A stretch of DNA of 64,000 bases from an uncultured Pelagibacteraceae bacterium. Lineage in GTDB: Bacteria; Pseudomonadota; Alphaproteobacteria; Pelagibacterales; Pelagibacteraceae. How positions within the stretch are numbered: position 1 is the first letter of the stretch; every line of letters starts with the position of its first letter. Below the pieces are notes generated by a model. It saw only the letters and a program-made list of their open reading frames with translations, did no database searches and was not told where the DNA came from. A program made the translations under genes and the position numbers. Shown piece by piece: positions 30,274-39,937 of this stretch. The DNA is taken from the NCBI GenBank assembly GCA_902573065.1, contig CACGHX010000001.1:23564-87563 (forward strand). The letters are read 5' to 3'.

Positions 30274-32847
30274 ATGCAAAAGACTGAAGTAAAAAATAAT
30301 TCAAATTATAAACCAATTTTTGTTCATCAAGAAATGAGCTCGTCATATCTATCCTACGCTATGAGCGTAATAGTAAGCAGAGCACTTCCTGATGTTAGGG
30401 ATGGTCTTAAACCTGTACACAGAAGAATTATTTACGCAATGTATAAAGGTGGTTATGATTGGAGCAAACCTTTTCGTAAATCTGCGAGAATAGTTGGAGA
30501 TGTTATTGGTAAATACCACCCACATGGTGATCAAGCTGTTTATGATGCTTTAGTGAGATTAGTTCAAGATTTTTCTATGAGCTTACCATTAATTGATGGA
30601 CAAGGAAACTTTGGTTCAATTGACGGAGATCCCCCTGCAGCAATGAGATATACAGAAACTAAACTTTCAAAAGTTTCTCAATTTCTGACTGAAGGGCTTG
30701 AAAAAAACACTGTTGATTTTAGAAACAATTATGATGAAACTGAAAGGGAGCCAACCGTGCTTCCGTCGCAATACCCAAATCTTTTAGTTAATGGTGCCGG
30801 AGGTATTGCTGTTGGAATGGCAACAAGTATTCCTCCTCACAATCTGGGAGAAATTATTGATGGAACTATCGGATACATAAAAAATAATGACATTACGATT
30901 GGTCAGTTGATGAAACATATTCCTGGTCCTGATTTTCCAACAGGAGGTCTAATAATTGGAAGAGATATAATCAAACAAGGATATAACAAAGGTAGAGGTT
31001 CATTTAAAATAAGAGGCGAAATTGAAGAAGAAAGTTTAAAAAATGGTAAAACCAGACTCGTTATTAAATCTATACCTTATCAGATTAACAAATCTGTTTT
31101 AAATGAGAGAATTGCAGACCTATCTCGCCAAAAAAAAATTGAAGGAGTAAGCGATATTAGAGACGAGTCTAATCGTGATGGTATAAGAGTAGTAATAGAT
31201 TTAAGAAGAGGTGTAGAAGCAGAAACTATAAGAAGACAACTTTATAAGTTAACAAGTATAGAGTCTTCTTTTGGTTTTAATACTTTAGCAATTGTAGATG
31301 GAAAACCTAAAATACTTAATCTTAAAGAATTTATTTCACAATTTGTATCCTTTCGAGAAAAAACAGTACTAAGAAGCATTAAGTTTGATCTAAAAAAAAC
31401 AGAGGCAAGAGCACACATTTTAATTGGTATTGCTACTGCTGTAGAAAGCATCGATGCAATAATTAAAATTATTAAAAGTTCAAAAGATACTGAAACTGCA
31501 AAGAAAAATTTATTAAACAAAAAATGGCCAATAAAAAAAAGCTCAAAATTAGTTTCTATGATTGAAAAAAAACAAAATTTATCAAAATATCAATTAAGTG
31601 AAGTACAAGTTAACTCTATTTTAGAATTAAGACTTCAAAAACTTACAGCTTTTGGAATTAATGAAATTGAAACAGAAATAAAAAAATTATCTGAATTAAT
31701 AATTTATTATAATAAAATTATTAAATCCAAAAAAGAATTATTTAATTTAATAATTAAAGAGTTAGAAGAAATTAAATCAAAATTTTCAATAAAAAGACGG
31801 ACTAAAATAATTGATACAGTTTTAAATTATAATATTGAGGAAACTATTCAAAAAGAGGCGGTCGTAATTAACATTACAAATCAGGGTTACATTAAAAGAG
31901 GATCATTATCTTCCGTTAAAACGCAAAAAAGGGGTGGTAAAGGAAAAACCGGTATTACTACAAGAGAAGAAGATTTTGTTGTAAGAATTTTGACTGGAAA
32001 TTCTCATAGCCAAGTTTTGTTTTTTTCTTCTCAGGGTCTAGCCTATAAACTTAAGGCGTGGAAAATTCCAAAAGGAAGTCTTTCATCAAAAGGAAAATCC
32101 TTATTTAATCTATTACCACTTAAAAACACTCAATCCATTACATCAACACTTCTTTTACCTGAAAATGATAATGAGTGGCAAAAATTATATGTCGTATTTG
32201 TAACAGCAAAGGGAAAAGTTAGAAAAAATTCATTGATTGATTTTTTAAATGTTAATGCCAGCGGAAAAATTGCAATGAAACTTGATGAAAATGACAAAAT
32301 TATTGGTGTCGAAAAGTGCAAGGAAAATCAAGACATTGTTTTAGGTACAAAATTTGGGAAGTGTATTAGGTTTATGTCTAAAAAAATGAGATTATTTAAA
32401 GGTAGATCTTCAAAAGGAATAAGAGGTATTAATTTGCAAGACAATGACAGTGTAATGTCTTTATCTGTTATTGATAGTTCTAAAATTACAAGTGATAATT
32501 CAAAGAAAAATGGATCAAAAAAACTTTCTCTTAATGAATATGTCTTATCAATAACAGAAAACGGCTATGGAAAAAGAAGTTCTTTGTCCGATTTTAGAGT
32601 AACAAATAGAGGTGGAAAGGGAATTATTGGAATAGTAAACTCTAAGAGAAACGGTAATGTTACATCAAATCTTATAGTATCCGATAATGACCAAATTATA
32701 TTATCTACCGATAAAGGAAGAGTAATAAGAGTTCAAGTTAAAGAAATAAGAATAGCTGGTCGAAATACTCAAGGAGTAAGGATAATTAAATTATCTGGCG
32801 AAGAAAAAGTTGTTTCCGCTATCAAGATAGAAGATAATATAGATTAA
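30274..32847 (+). CDS. gyrA: DNA gyrase subunit A
   Basis: 857 aa. Motifs: [39 protein letters not shown] (active-site Tyr), and the GyrA-box-like [11 protein letters not shown] in the beta-pinwheel CTD. Confidence 0.97.
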   Translation: MQKTEVKNNSNYKPIFVHQEMSSSYLSYAMSVIVSRALPDVRDGLKPVHRRIIYAMYKGGYDWSKPFRKSARIVGDVIGKYHPHGDQAVYDALVRLVQDFSMSLPLIDGQGNFGSIDGDPPAAMRYTETKLSKVSQFLTEGLEKNTVDFRNNYDETEREPTVLPSQYPNLLVNGAGGIAVGMATSIPPHNLGEIIDGTIGYIKNNDITIGQLMKHIPGPDFPTGGLIIGRDIIKQGYNKGRGSFKIRGEIEEESLKNGKTRLVIKSIPYQINKSVLNERIADLSRQKKIEGVSDIRDESNRDGIRVVIDLRRGVEAETIRRQLYKLTSIESSFGFNTLAIVDGKPKILNLKEFISQFVSFREKTVLRSIKFDLKKTEARAHILIGIATAVESIDAIIKIIKSSKDTETAKKNLLNKKWPIKKSSKLVSMIEKKQNLSKYQLSEVQVNSILELRLQKLTAFGINEIETEIKKLSELIIYYNKIIKSKKELFNLIIKELEEIKSKFSIKRRTKIIDTVLNYNIEETIQKEAVVINITNQGYIKRGSLSSVKTQKRGGKGKTGITTREEDFVVRILTGNSHSQVLFFSSQGLAYKLKAWKIPKGSLSSKGKSLFNLLPLKNTQSITSTLLLPENDNEWQKLYVVFVTAKGKVRKNSLIDFLNVNASGKIAMKLDENDKIIGVEKCKENQDIVLGTKFGKCIRFMSKKMRLFKGRSSKGIRGINLQDNDSVMSLSVIDSSKITSDNSKKNGSKKLSLNEYVLSITENGYGKRSSLSDFRVTNRGGKGIIGIVNSKRNGNVTSNLIVSDNDQIILSTDKGRVIRVQVKEIRIAGRNTQGVRIIKLSGEEKVVSAIKIEDNID

Positions 32848-32849
32848 AA

Positions 32850-33344
32850 ATGCCAAAAACTGCAATTTATCCAGGCACATTTGATCCAATAACTTTTGGA
32901 CATATAGACGTTATAAAGAAATCTTTAAAGATCGTTGATAAATTGATTGTTGCAACAACTGATAATATAGAAAAAGATTATCTATTTTCTTTAGATGAAA
33001 GAATTGAAATATTAAATAAATCTTTGTTTAATGATTTAAGATTAAGTAAAAATAAAATTAAAATTATATCCTTTGATGATTTGACTGTTAAAATCTGCAA
33101 AAAGTATAAAGCATCAATTATTATAAGAGGTTTACGAGCTGTATCAGATTTTGAATATGAATTTCAATTAGCTGGAATGAATAAGAAACTTGATAAAAGT
33201 GTTGAAACTATTTTTTTAATGTCTGATATTGAAAATGAAATAATTTCTTCAAAATTTATTAAAGAAATTGGAAAATTAAAGGGTGATTTAAAAAAATTTG
33301 CTACAAAATCTGTTATAAAAGCTATTAAATCTAAATTCTCGTGA
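32850..33344 (+). CDS. coaD: phosphopantetheine adenylyltransferase
   Basis: 164 aa. Motifs: AIYPGTFDPITFGHIDVI, RGLRAVSDFEYE, ISSKFIKEI. Confidence 0.95.
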   Translation: MPKTAIYPGTFDPITFGHIDVIKKSLKIVDKLIVATTDNIEKDYLFSLDERIEILNKSLFNDLRLSKNKIKIISFDDLTVKICKKYKASIIIRGLRAVSDFEYEFQLAGMNKKLDKSVETIFLMSDIENEIISSKFIKEIGKLKGDLKKFATKSVIKAIKSKFS

Positions 33345-33892
33345 AAAAGTTTTTTTTAGTATATATAATTACTTTATTATTTTTTATGAATACTGCAACA
33401 GCAAATGATAAAATGTTAATGAAACTTGAGGCAGGTGAAGTGGAAATTCAACTATTTCCAGACGTTGCGCCAGAACATGTAAAAAGAATCAAAACTTTAG
33501 CACAAAATAATGAGTATGATGGCGTTGTTTTTCATAGAGTTATAGATGGTTTTATGGCCCAAACAGGAGATGTAAAATTTGGAAATTCAAAAAATTTTAA
33601 CGCTGATTTAGTTGGAACTGGTGGTTCTTCTTTACCAGATCTCAAAGCTGAATTTAGCAATCTTCCTCATCAGAGAGGAACTTTATCTATGGCTAGATCC
33701 ATGAACCCTAACAGTGCTAACAGTCAATTTTTTATATGTTTTGATGCAGCCCCACATTTGGACGGTCAATATACTGTATTTGGAAAAGTTACTAAAGGCA
33801 TGGAATTAATAGATAAAATAAAAAAAGGTAATGACCCAAACGGATCTGTCGAAAACCCAGATAAGATAATAAGTTTTTCTGAAATAAAATAA
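33341..33892 (+). CDS. periplasmic cyclophilin-type peptidyl-prolyl isomerase
   Basis: 183 aa with a signal peptide. Motifs: FHRVIDGFMAQTGD, GTLSMARSMNPNSANSQFFIC, FGKV. The start is GTG and overlaps the coaD stop. Confidence 0.9.
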   Translation: MKKFFLVYIITLLFFMNTATANDKMLMKLEAGEVEIQLFPDVAPEHVKRIKTLAQNNEYDGVVFHRVIDGFMAQTGDVKFGNSKNFNADLVGTGGSSLPDLKAEFSNLPHQRGTLSMARSMNPNSANSQFFICFDAAPHLDGQYTVFGKVTKGMELIDKIKKGNDPNGSVENPDKIISFSEIK

Positions 33893-33896
33893 ATTC

Positions 33897-35012
33897 ATGA
33901 ATTCAAAAAAAGTTTTTTTTGAATTAATAAAAACCCATAAAGAAGCACGACTTGGACAGATTAGAACATCAAGAGGTTTAATCGATACACCGGCATTTAT
34001 GCCTGTTGGTACACAGGGAACTGTAAAAAGTATATTTGTTGATGATGTTTTAAAGACTAATTCTCAAATAATTTTGGGTAACACTTACCATCTTTTTTTA
34101 AGGCCCGGATTAGAAATTTTAAAAAATGTCGGAGGCCTTCATAAATTTATGAATTGGCATAAACCTATTTTGACTGATTCTGGAGGTTTTCAAATAATGT
34201 CATTATCAAAATTTAGAAAAATTGATAAAGAAAAAGGAGCTATTTTTCAATCTCATCTTGATGGAAAAAAAATTGAACTTAGTCCAGAAAAAAGTATTCA
34301 AATTCAAAAAATAATTAATTCTGATATTTTAATGGTTTTAGACGAGTGTCCAAAACTCACTAATGATAAAAAACTAATTTCAAATGCTATTGATGTTTCA
34401 ACATACTGGGCAAAAAGATCTAAAATTGAATTTAATAATGCTGAAAACAAATTTCTTTTTGGAATCGTGCAGGGAGGATTATTTGATGACTTAAGAGTCG
34501 AAAGCTTAGAAAAATTGCTCGAAATTAATTTTGATGGATATGCTTTAGGAGGGTTGGCTGTTGGAGAAAAGCAAAATGAAATGTTTGGGGTTCTAGATAA
34601 TATTACAAATAAAATGCCAAAAAACAAACCGAGATACCTCATGGGTGTTGGAACGCCATCAGATTTATTAGGTGCTGTAAAATCTGGTATAGACATGTTT
34701 GATTGTGTTTTACCAACCAGATCAGGGAGAACTGGTCTTGCTTTTACTTGGGATGGAAAAGTAAATATAAGAAATTCAAAATATAAAAAAGACTTGAAGC
34801 CACTAGATGAGAATACAAATTTGAGAAGTCTAAATAAATACTCAAAAAGCTATCTAAATCATTTAATTAACACTAACGAAATATTAGCATCCATGTTAAT
34901 TTCTTTGCATAATATAAATTTTTATCAAGAATTTATGAAAAAAATTAGAACCTCGATAAAAGATGGTTCTTTCGATGATTTTTATAAACAAAACATTTCT
35001 AAATTTAATTAG
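33897..35012 (+). CDS. tgt: queuine tRNA-ribosyltransferase
   Basis: 371 aa. Motifs: TPAFMPVGTQGTVK, ILTDSGGFQIMSL, GYALGGLAVGE, CVLPTRSGR. Confidence 0.95.
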   Translation: MNSKKVFFELIKTHKEARLGQIRTSRGLIDTPAFMPVGTQGTVKSIFVDDVLKTNSQIILGNTYHLFLRPGLEILKNVGGLHKFMNWHKPILTDSGGFQIMSLSKFRKIDKEKGAIFQSHLDGKKIELSPEKSIQIQKIINSDILMVLDECPKLTNDKKLISNAIDVSTYWAKRSKIEFNNAENKFLFGIVQGGLFDDLRVESLEKLLEINFDGYALGGLAVGEKQNEMFGVLDNITNKMPKNKPRYLMGVGTPSDLLGAVKSGIDMFDCVLPTRSGRTGLAFTWDGKVNIRNSKYKKDLKPLDENTNLRSLNKYSKSYLNHLINTNEILASMLISLHNINFYQEFMKKIRTSIKDGSFDDFYKQNISKFN

Positions 35013-35014
35013 AT

Positions 35015-35914
35015 TTAAGTTATTACTTTCAAACCACATTCACTTGTGGTTTTTTTAAGATAATTAAAACCAATCTTAGCATATTCAAATGGATTTGCTT
35101 TTTTTGGATCTTGTTCTGCTTCAACAACAAGCCAACCTTGATAGTTATTCTTTACAAGCTCATTAAAAATAGGTCTATAATCAATACAACCATCTCCAGG
35201 AACAGTAAAAGCACCCTCTAAAAAAGCATGTCTAAAACTTAGATCCTCAGATAATGATTTTTTTAAAACTTTCTCTCTCATATCTTTGCAATGAACGTGT
35301 GCGATTTTCTCCTTAAAATCTCTTATAATCTTCAAAGAATTACCGCCAGCAAATAACATGTGACCAGTGTCTATAGTTAATTTAACTGTATCGTTTGTTT
35401 CATTCATCAACCTTTCAGTATCTTCATGTGATTGTATTACAGTTCCCATATGATGATGATAGGCTAATGGCATATTTTCACCTTCTAACCTTTTGCCAAC
35501 TTCATTAATTTTTTCACAGAATTTTTTCCAATCGTCTTTATCTAATTTTGGTCTTTTTGATAAAGCTTTTGATTCATCGGCTTGTATTGAATTAGTGACC
35601 TCGGCAAAAACTATGCAAGGTGCATTGCAATCTTTAAATAAATTTAATTGAGTTCTAATATTTTCCATTTCATCTTTTACAGTTCTTTTTAATAGATTTG
35701 CGCCATACCAACCAGAACATAAATTGATATTATGTTTATTTAATATGGGTAATAACTCTTTTGAGGTTTTAGGAAATTTCCCTCCAGATTCAATTCCAGT
35801 AAATCCAGCTTCTCTAGCTTCAGACAAACAAGTTTCTAAAGATGTATCGCCGCCTAATTCTGGCATATCATCATTACTCCACGCTATTGGTGCAATTCCT
35901 AATTTTACTGACAT
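35015..35914 (-). CDS. iolE: inosose dehydratase (xylose-isomerase-like TIM barrel)
   Basis: 299 aa. The N-terminus KLGIAPIAWSNDDMPELGGDTSLETCLSEAREAGFTGIE matches the IolE signature as I know it. It lies 2 nt from the tgt stop (convergent). Confidence 0.8.
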   Translation of the reverse strand: MSVKLGIAPIAWSNDDMPELGGDTSLETCLSEAREAGFTGIESGGKFPKTSKELLPILNKHNINLCSGWYGANLLKRTVKDEMENIRTQLNLFKDCNAPCIVFAEVTNSIQADESKALSKRPKLDKDDWKKFCEKINEVGKRLEGENMPLAYHHHMGTVIQSHEDTERLMNETNDTVKLTIDTGHMLFAGGNSLKIIRDFKEKIAHVHCKDMREKVLKKSLSEDLSFRHAFLEGAFTVPGDGCIDYRPIFNELVKNNYQGWLVVEAEQDPKKANPFEYAKIGFNYLKKTTSECGLKVIT

Positions 35915-35977
35915 ATTTTTTTAATTTGTTAGAATAAAGGTTTAGATCGTAAGATTAAACAAAAAAGTTATTAGTTC

Positions 35978-36928
35978 ATGAAAAAAAAAGTTGCATTATT
36001 TGGCTTAGGTAGAATAGGGGTGATGCATGCGAAAAATATTGTATTAAATTCTAAACTAAAGCTAAAATATGTATACGATATAAATCAAAAAATCGCTAAA
36101 ATTTATTCAAAAAAACTTAAATGTTTTAATTTAAAAAGTCCATCAAAAGCATTTTCAGATAAATCAATAGATATAATTTTTATATCTTCAACAACCTCTA
36201 CACATATACCGCTAATAACTAGATCCGTAAAAAGTAAGAAGATAGTTTTTTGCGAAAAACCTTTAGATTTAAATATTAACAAAGTTATAAAATGCAAAAA
36301 ATATATAAAAAAATATAAACCAAAAATTCAGTTAGGTTTTAATAGACGTTATGATCCAGGTCATTATGCTTTAAAAAAATCGTTATTAATGGGAAAAATT
36401 GGAAAATTAGAGAAAATTATTATTACAAGTAGAGATCCAGCTCCTCCGTCTTTTAAGTATTTAAAAAGTTCAGGTGGAATTTTTAGAGACATGACAATAC
36501 ATGATTTTGATATGGTTCGTTTTTATCTAGGTAATGATGAAATAAAAGAAATTTTTGCAACAGCCTCAAATATTTCGAGTAAAAAATTTAATGATATTAA
36601 AGATTACGAATTAGCAACTTGTGTTCTTAAATCAAAAACAGGAGTAATTTGCACAATTAATAATTCACGTCATTACAAATATGGTTATGATCAAAGAATT
36701 GAGGTTTTTGGTAGTAAGGGATGTTTAATATCTGAAAATAAAAAGAAATATAATTTTTTTATTGATAGATATAAAACAGCTTATAAATTACAACTTCAAG
36801 ATCTTGTAAATCTTGCTAATAAAAATAAAAGACCTAGAGCTTCATTTATTGATGGGGAAAAAGCCCTTCTTCTTGCTAACGCTGCATATAAATCTTTATC
36901 AAGTAAAAAAGTTATTAAAATTAGATAG
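35978..36928 (+). CDS. iolG: inositol 2-dehydrogenase-like Gfo/Idh/MocA oxidoreductase
   Basis: 316 aa. It has a Rossmann start (LFGLGRIGVMHAKN) and then FCEKPLDL, GFNRRYDPGH, TSRDPAPPS, SGGIFRDMTIHDFDMVRF. These are the IolG/IdhA-type motifs. Confidence 0.75.
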   Translation: MKKKVALFGLGRIGVMHAKNIVLNSKLKLKYVYDINQKIAKIYSKKLKCFNLKSPSKAFSDKSIDIIFISSTTSTHIPLITRSVKSKKIVFCEKPLDLNINKVIKCKKYIKKYKPKIQLGFNRRYDPGHYALKKSLLMGKIGKLEKIIITSRDPAPPSFKYLKSSGGIFRDMTIHDFDMVRFYLGNDEIKEIFATASNISSKKFNDIKDYELATCVLKSKTGVICTINNSRHYKYGYDQRIEVFGSKGCLISENKKKYNFFIDRYKTAYKLQLQDLVNLANKNKRPRASFIDGEKALLLANAAYKSLSSKKVIKIR

Positions 36929-37000
36929 TTTTTTAAAACCTAGGGTTGAATAAAAAATAACACCATCTTTTCTTTTGATATTATTTTTGTTTAAATAAAA

Positions 37001-37020
37001 AATATTAATTAATTAATATT
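37001..37020. promoter_or_regulatory. perfect 20-bp palindrome AATATTAATTAATTAATATT, 19 nt upstream of the binding-protein start (candidate operator or promoter element)
   Basis: The sequence equals its own reverse complement. It lies in the 111-bp gap between iolG and the ABC transporter, just upstream of the AGAGGG Shine-Dalgarno. Confidence 0.25.
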
Positions 37021-37039
37021 AACAACAAAAGAGGGAAAA

Positions 37040-37960
37040 ATGAGAAAAATATATTTAACTATATTAGCTTTTCTTTCGTGGGCAGCAATGTCAGTAGCAT
37101 CCTTTGCTATTGATGTAATCGTTGTTTCACATGGTCAAGCTAACGATCCTTTCTGGTCGGTTGCTAAAAATGGAGTCGACTCTGCTTGCAAAGATATGAA
37201 AATCAAGTGTAAGTATACAGCTCCAGGTACTTTCGACATGGTAGAAATGGCAAAATTAATTGACAATGCTGTTTCACAAAAACCAAAAGGAATTGTAATC
37301 ACTTTACCTGATGCTGCAGCTCTAGGAAAATCTGTTAAAGCTGCAATTGCTGCTGGAATTCCAGTAGTATCAATGAACTCTGGTTCTGATGACTTTGCTA
37401 AATTAGGTATTAGCGCTCACGTTGGTCAAACTGAGTTTGAAGCAGGTGTAGGTGGTGGTCAAAAAATGAAAGCTGCGGGCGGTAAGAAAGCTCTTTGCGT
37501 TAACCACGAAGTAGGTAACGTAGCTCTTGATAGAAGATGTGCAGGTTTTAAAAAAGGTTTTGGAGGTTCAGTAGAAATACTTGGTACTTCTAATGACCCA
37601 ACAGAGATTCAAAAAGCTGTTGCTGCTAAATTAGGTGGTGTCGATACTATCCTTACTTTAGGCGCGGGACTTTCTGGTGAAGCTGCTTTAAAAGCATTAA
37701 AATCTGCTGGAAAAGTTGGTTCGATAAAACTTGGAACATTTGATATGTCTCCAGATATGTTAAAAGCTGCAGCTGCAGGAGAAGTTGAGTTTTTAATTGA
37801 CCAACAACAATATCTTCAAGGATATTTGCCTATCGCAATTTTTGCTCAGTATATGAGATGGGGAACAATGCCAGCTGGTGTTGTTATGACGGGACCTGGT
37901 TTCGTTACTCCAGATAATGCTAGCAAAGTAATTAAATGGGCAGCACAAGGTTATAGATAA
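37040..37960 (+). CDS. sugar/polyol ABC transporter periplasmic binding protein (type I PBP, CUT2/FrcB-like)
   Basis: 306 aa with a signal peptide (MRKIYLTILAFLSWAAMSVASFA). It is an Ala/Gly-rich PBP-I fold (VVSHGQANDPFWSVAKNG...IPVVSMNSG...DQQQYLQGYLP). Confidence 0.85.
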   Translation: MRKIYLTILAFLSWAAMSVASFAIDVIVVSHGQANDPFWSVAKNGVDSACKDMKIKCKYTAPGTFDMVEMAKLIDNAVSQKPKGIVITLPDAAALGKSVKAAIAAGIPVVSMNSGSDDFAKLGISAHVGQTEFEAGVGGGQKMKAAGGKKALCVNHEVGNVALDRRCAGFKKGFGGSVEILGTSNDPTEIQKAVAAKLGGVDTILTLGAGLSGEAALKALKSAGKVGSIKLGTFDMSPDMLKAAAAGEVEFLIDQQQYLQGYLPIAIFAQYMRWGTMPAGVVMTGPGFVTPDNASKVIKWAAQGYR

Positions 37961-37973
37961 AAAATCTTTAAAG

Positions 37974-38007
37974 AGGGCCTGGTTATAAAATCAGGCCCTT
38001 TTTTTTT
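37974..38007 (+). terminator. intrinsic terminator/attenuator between the binding-protein and permease genes
   Basis: The stem AGGGCCTGG / TCAGGCCCT has 9 bp (6 G-C pairs plus one G-U wobble) and an 8-nt loop. It is followed by a run of 9 T (37999-38007). Confidence 0.7.
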
Positions 38008-38014
38008 AAAAAAA

Positions 38015-39142
38015 TTGAAAATTATGTCAACTAAGTCAAAAAGTATTCAAAACAAATCTAGTGACGAGAGATTAAGAAAAGTTTCTAAGCTTAAAGTATT
38101 ATTAAATCGACCTGAATTAGGTGCACTTGGTGGTTCAATTTTAGTATTTATATTTTTTGGAATTATAGCTGGTGATACTGGAATGTTCAGTGCATATGGA
38201 ACAATAAACTTTTTGGAGGTATCAGCTAATTTAGGGATCATCGCTGTAGCTGCAGCTTTACTAATGATCGGTGGAGAGTTCGATTTATCAGTTGGATCAA
38301 TGATCGGCTTTGCCGGAATTTGTATAGCTATACCAGCAATATATTGGGGTTGGCCTCTTTGGATGAGTATTTTATTTGCTTTTTCTATGGCTGTTTTAGT
38401 TGGTTATGCCAACGGTATTCTTGTAGTAAGAACTGGTCTTCCATCGTTTATTGTAACACTAGCTATGTTATTTATATTAAGAGGTGCAACTTTAGCTATT
38501 ACAAGATTGATTACTGGAAGAACTCAAGTTCCAGGATTAAGAGTTCTAGTAGAGGATGATCCAATAGCCTGGATTTTTTCTGCAGATGCTTTTAAATTTG
38601 TTTTTACATGGTTGGGATCTTTAGGACTAATTGAATTAAGACAAGATGGCACCCCATTAGCAACTGGAATTCCTGCGTCAGTTATTTGGTGGATAGCCAT
38701 GACTCTTTTTGCGACGTGGCTTTTAATGAAAACTAGATATGGAAATTGGATTTTCGCTTCTGGCGGAGACAAGCTTGGAGCTAGAAATGTTGGTGTTCCT
38801 GTAGGGAGAGTAAAAATTAGTTTGTTTATTGGAACAGCAGTTGCTGCTACTATTTATGCTTGTGTGCAAGTGCTAGATGCTGGTTCAGCAGATACAATGA
38901 GAGGTTTTTTAAAAGAATTAGAAGCTATTGTTGCTGCTGTGGTAGGTGGTTGTTTGTTGACAGGTGGGTATGGTTCGGCAATTGGTGCAGCATTTGGTGC
39001 TTTAATTTTTGGGACTGTGTCAATGGGAATTTATTATACAGATGTCGATACAGATTGGTTTAAAGTTTTTTTAGGAGTAATGATGTTGATAGCTGTTATA
39101 TTTAATAACTATATAAGAAGAAGAGTAACAGAGAATAAGTAA
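38015..39142 (+). CDS. sugar ABC transporter permease (CUT2, FrcC-like)
   Basis: 375 aa with about 10 TM and a long hydrophilic N-terminus. The track start is TTG 38015, but ATG at 38024 is the more likely start. Confidence 0.85.
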   Translation: MKIMSTKSKSIQNKSSDERLRKVSKLKVLLNRPELGALGGSILVFIFFGIIAGDTGMFSAYGTINFLEVSANLGIIAVAAALLMIGGEFDLSVGSMIGFAGICIAIPAIYWGWPLWMSILFAFSMAVLVGYANGILVVRTGLPSFIVTLAMLFILRGATLAITRLITGRTQVPGLRVLVEDDPIAWIFSADAFKFVFTWLGSLGLIELRQDGTPLATGIPASVIWWIAMTLFATWLLMKTRYGNWIFASGGDKLGARNVGVPVGRVKISLFIGTAVAATIYACVQVLDAGSADTMRGFLKELEAIVAAVVGGCLLTGGYGSAIGAAFGALIFGTVSMGIYYTDVDTDWFKVFLGVMMLIAVIFNNYIRRRVTENK

Positions 39143-39937
39143 ATGTCAGATAATTTAATTGAATTTAATAATATTAGTAAATTTTTTGGTTCTGTAATTG
39201 CATTAAAGGATGTAACTATGCACATTAAAAGAGGTCAAATAATGTGTTTGTTAGGTGATAATGGTGCTGGCAAGTCCACATTAATTAAAACTTTATCTGG
39301 AGTTCACAAACCAGATGAAGGAGAAATTATAGTTGAGGGTAAAAAGACTGTTTTTGACTCGCCAAGAGATGCATTAGACATGGGTATAGCAACTGTTTAT
39401 CAAGATTTAGCGTTGGTATCTTTGATGAGCGTAACAAGAAATTTTTTTATGGGAAGAGAGCCAATGAAAGGTTTTGGTCCATTTAAAACCTTTGATGTCA
39501 AAAAAGCAAACAGCATAGCTTCTGAAAGAATGGGGCAGATTGGTATTGATGTGAGAGATCCTTCACAAGCCGTAGGAACTATGTCGGGTGGTGAAAGACA
39601 GTGTTTAGCCATTTCTAGAGCGATATATTTTGGTGCTAAAGTATTAATTTTGGATGAACCAACATCTGCTTTAGGTGTCCATCAAGCTTCAGTAGTTTTA
39701 AAATATATTGTTAAAGCAGCAAGTTCTGGCTTAGGTGTAATTTTAATCACGCACAACGTTCACCATGCCTATCCTGTAGGTAATAGTTTTACTATTTTGA
39801 ACAGAGGAAAAAGTATGGGAACATTTAATAAAAAAGACTTATCTAGAGAGAAATTGTTAGGAATGATGGCTGGTGGTGAAGAACTAGACAAATTAGAGGT
39901 AGAATTGAAAGAGATTGACAGAATTGTTAAAAACTAA
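39143..39937 (+). CDS. sugar ABC transporter ATP-binding protein (single-NBD, FrcA-like)
   Basis: 264 aa. It has Walker A (GDNGAGKST), the signature MSGGERQ and Walker B ([11 protein letters not shown]). A single NBD of about 260 aa is what I recall for FrcA, as opposed to the duplicated roughly 500-aa CUT2 ATPases. Confidence 0.88.
   Translation: MSDNLIEFNNISKFFGSVIALKDVTMHIKRGQIMCLLGDNGAGKSTLIKTLSGVHKPDEGEIIVEGKKTVFDSPRDALDMGIATVYQDLALVSLMSVTRNFFMGREPMKGFGPFKTFDVKKANSIASERMGQIGIDVRDPSQAVGTMSGGERQCLAISRAIYFGAKVLILDEPTSALGVHQASVVLKYIVKAASSGLGVILITHNVHHAYPVGNSFTILNRGKSMGTFNKKDLSREKLLGMMAGGEELDKLEVELKEIDRIVKN

Noticed and set aside
35915-35977. A partial dyad GTTTAGATC...AGATTAAAC in the iolE-iolG divergent spacer, considered as a possible IolR-type operator.
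   Set aside because: Only the outer 5 nt pair perfectly and the inner arms do not match. No regulator gene is nearby.
38047-39063. Several 64-82-aa ORFs on both strands inside the permease gene (38047-38241 -, 38320-38559 +, 38524-38772 -, 38860-39063 +).
   Set aside because: They occur exactly where GC content rises and stop codons become rarer. They have Cys/Trp/Arg- or Ser-rich nonsense composition and overlap a clear 10-TM permease frame.
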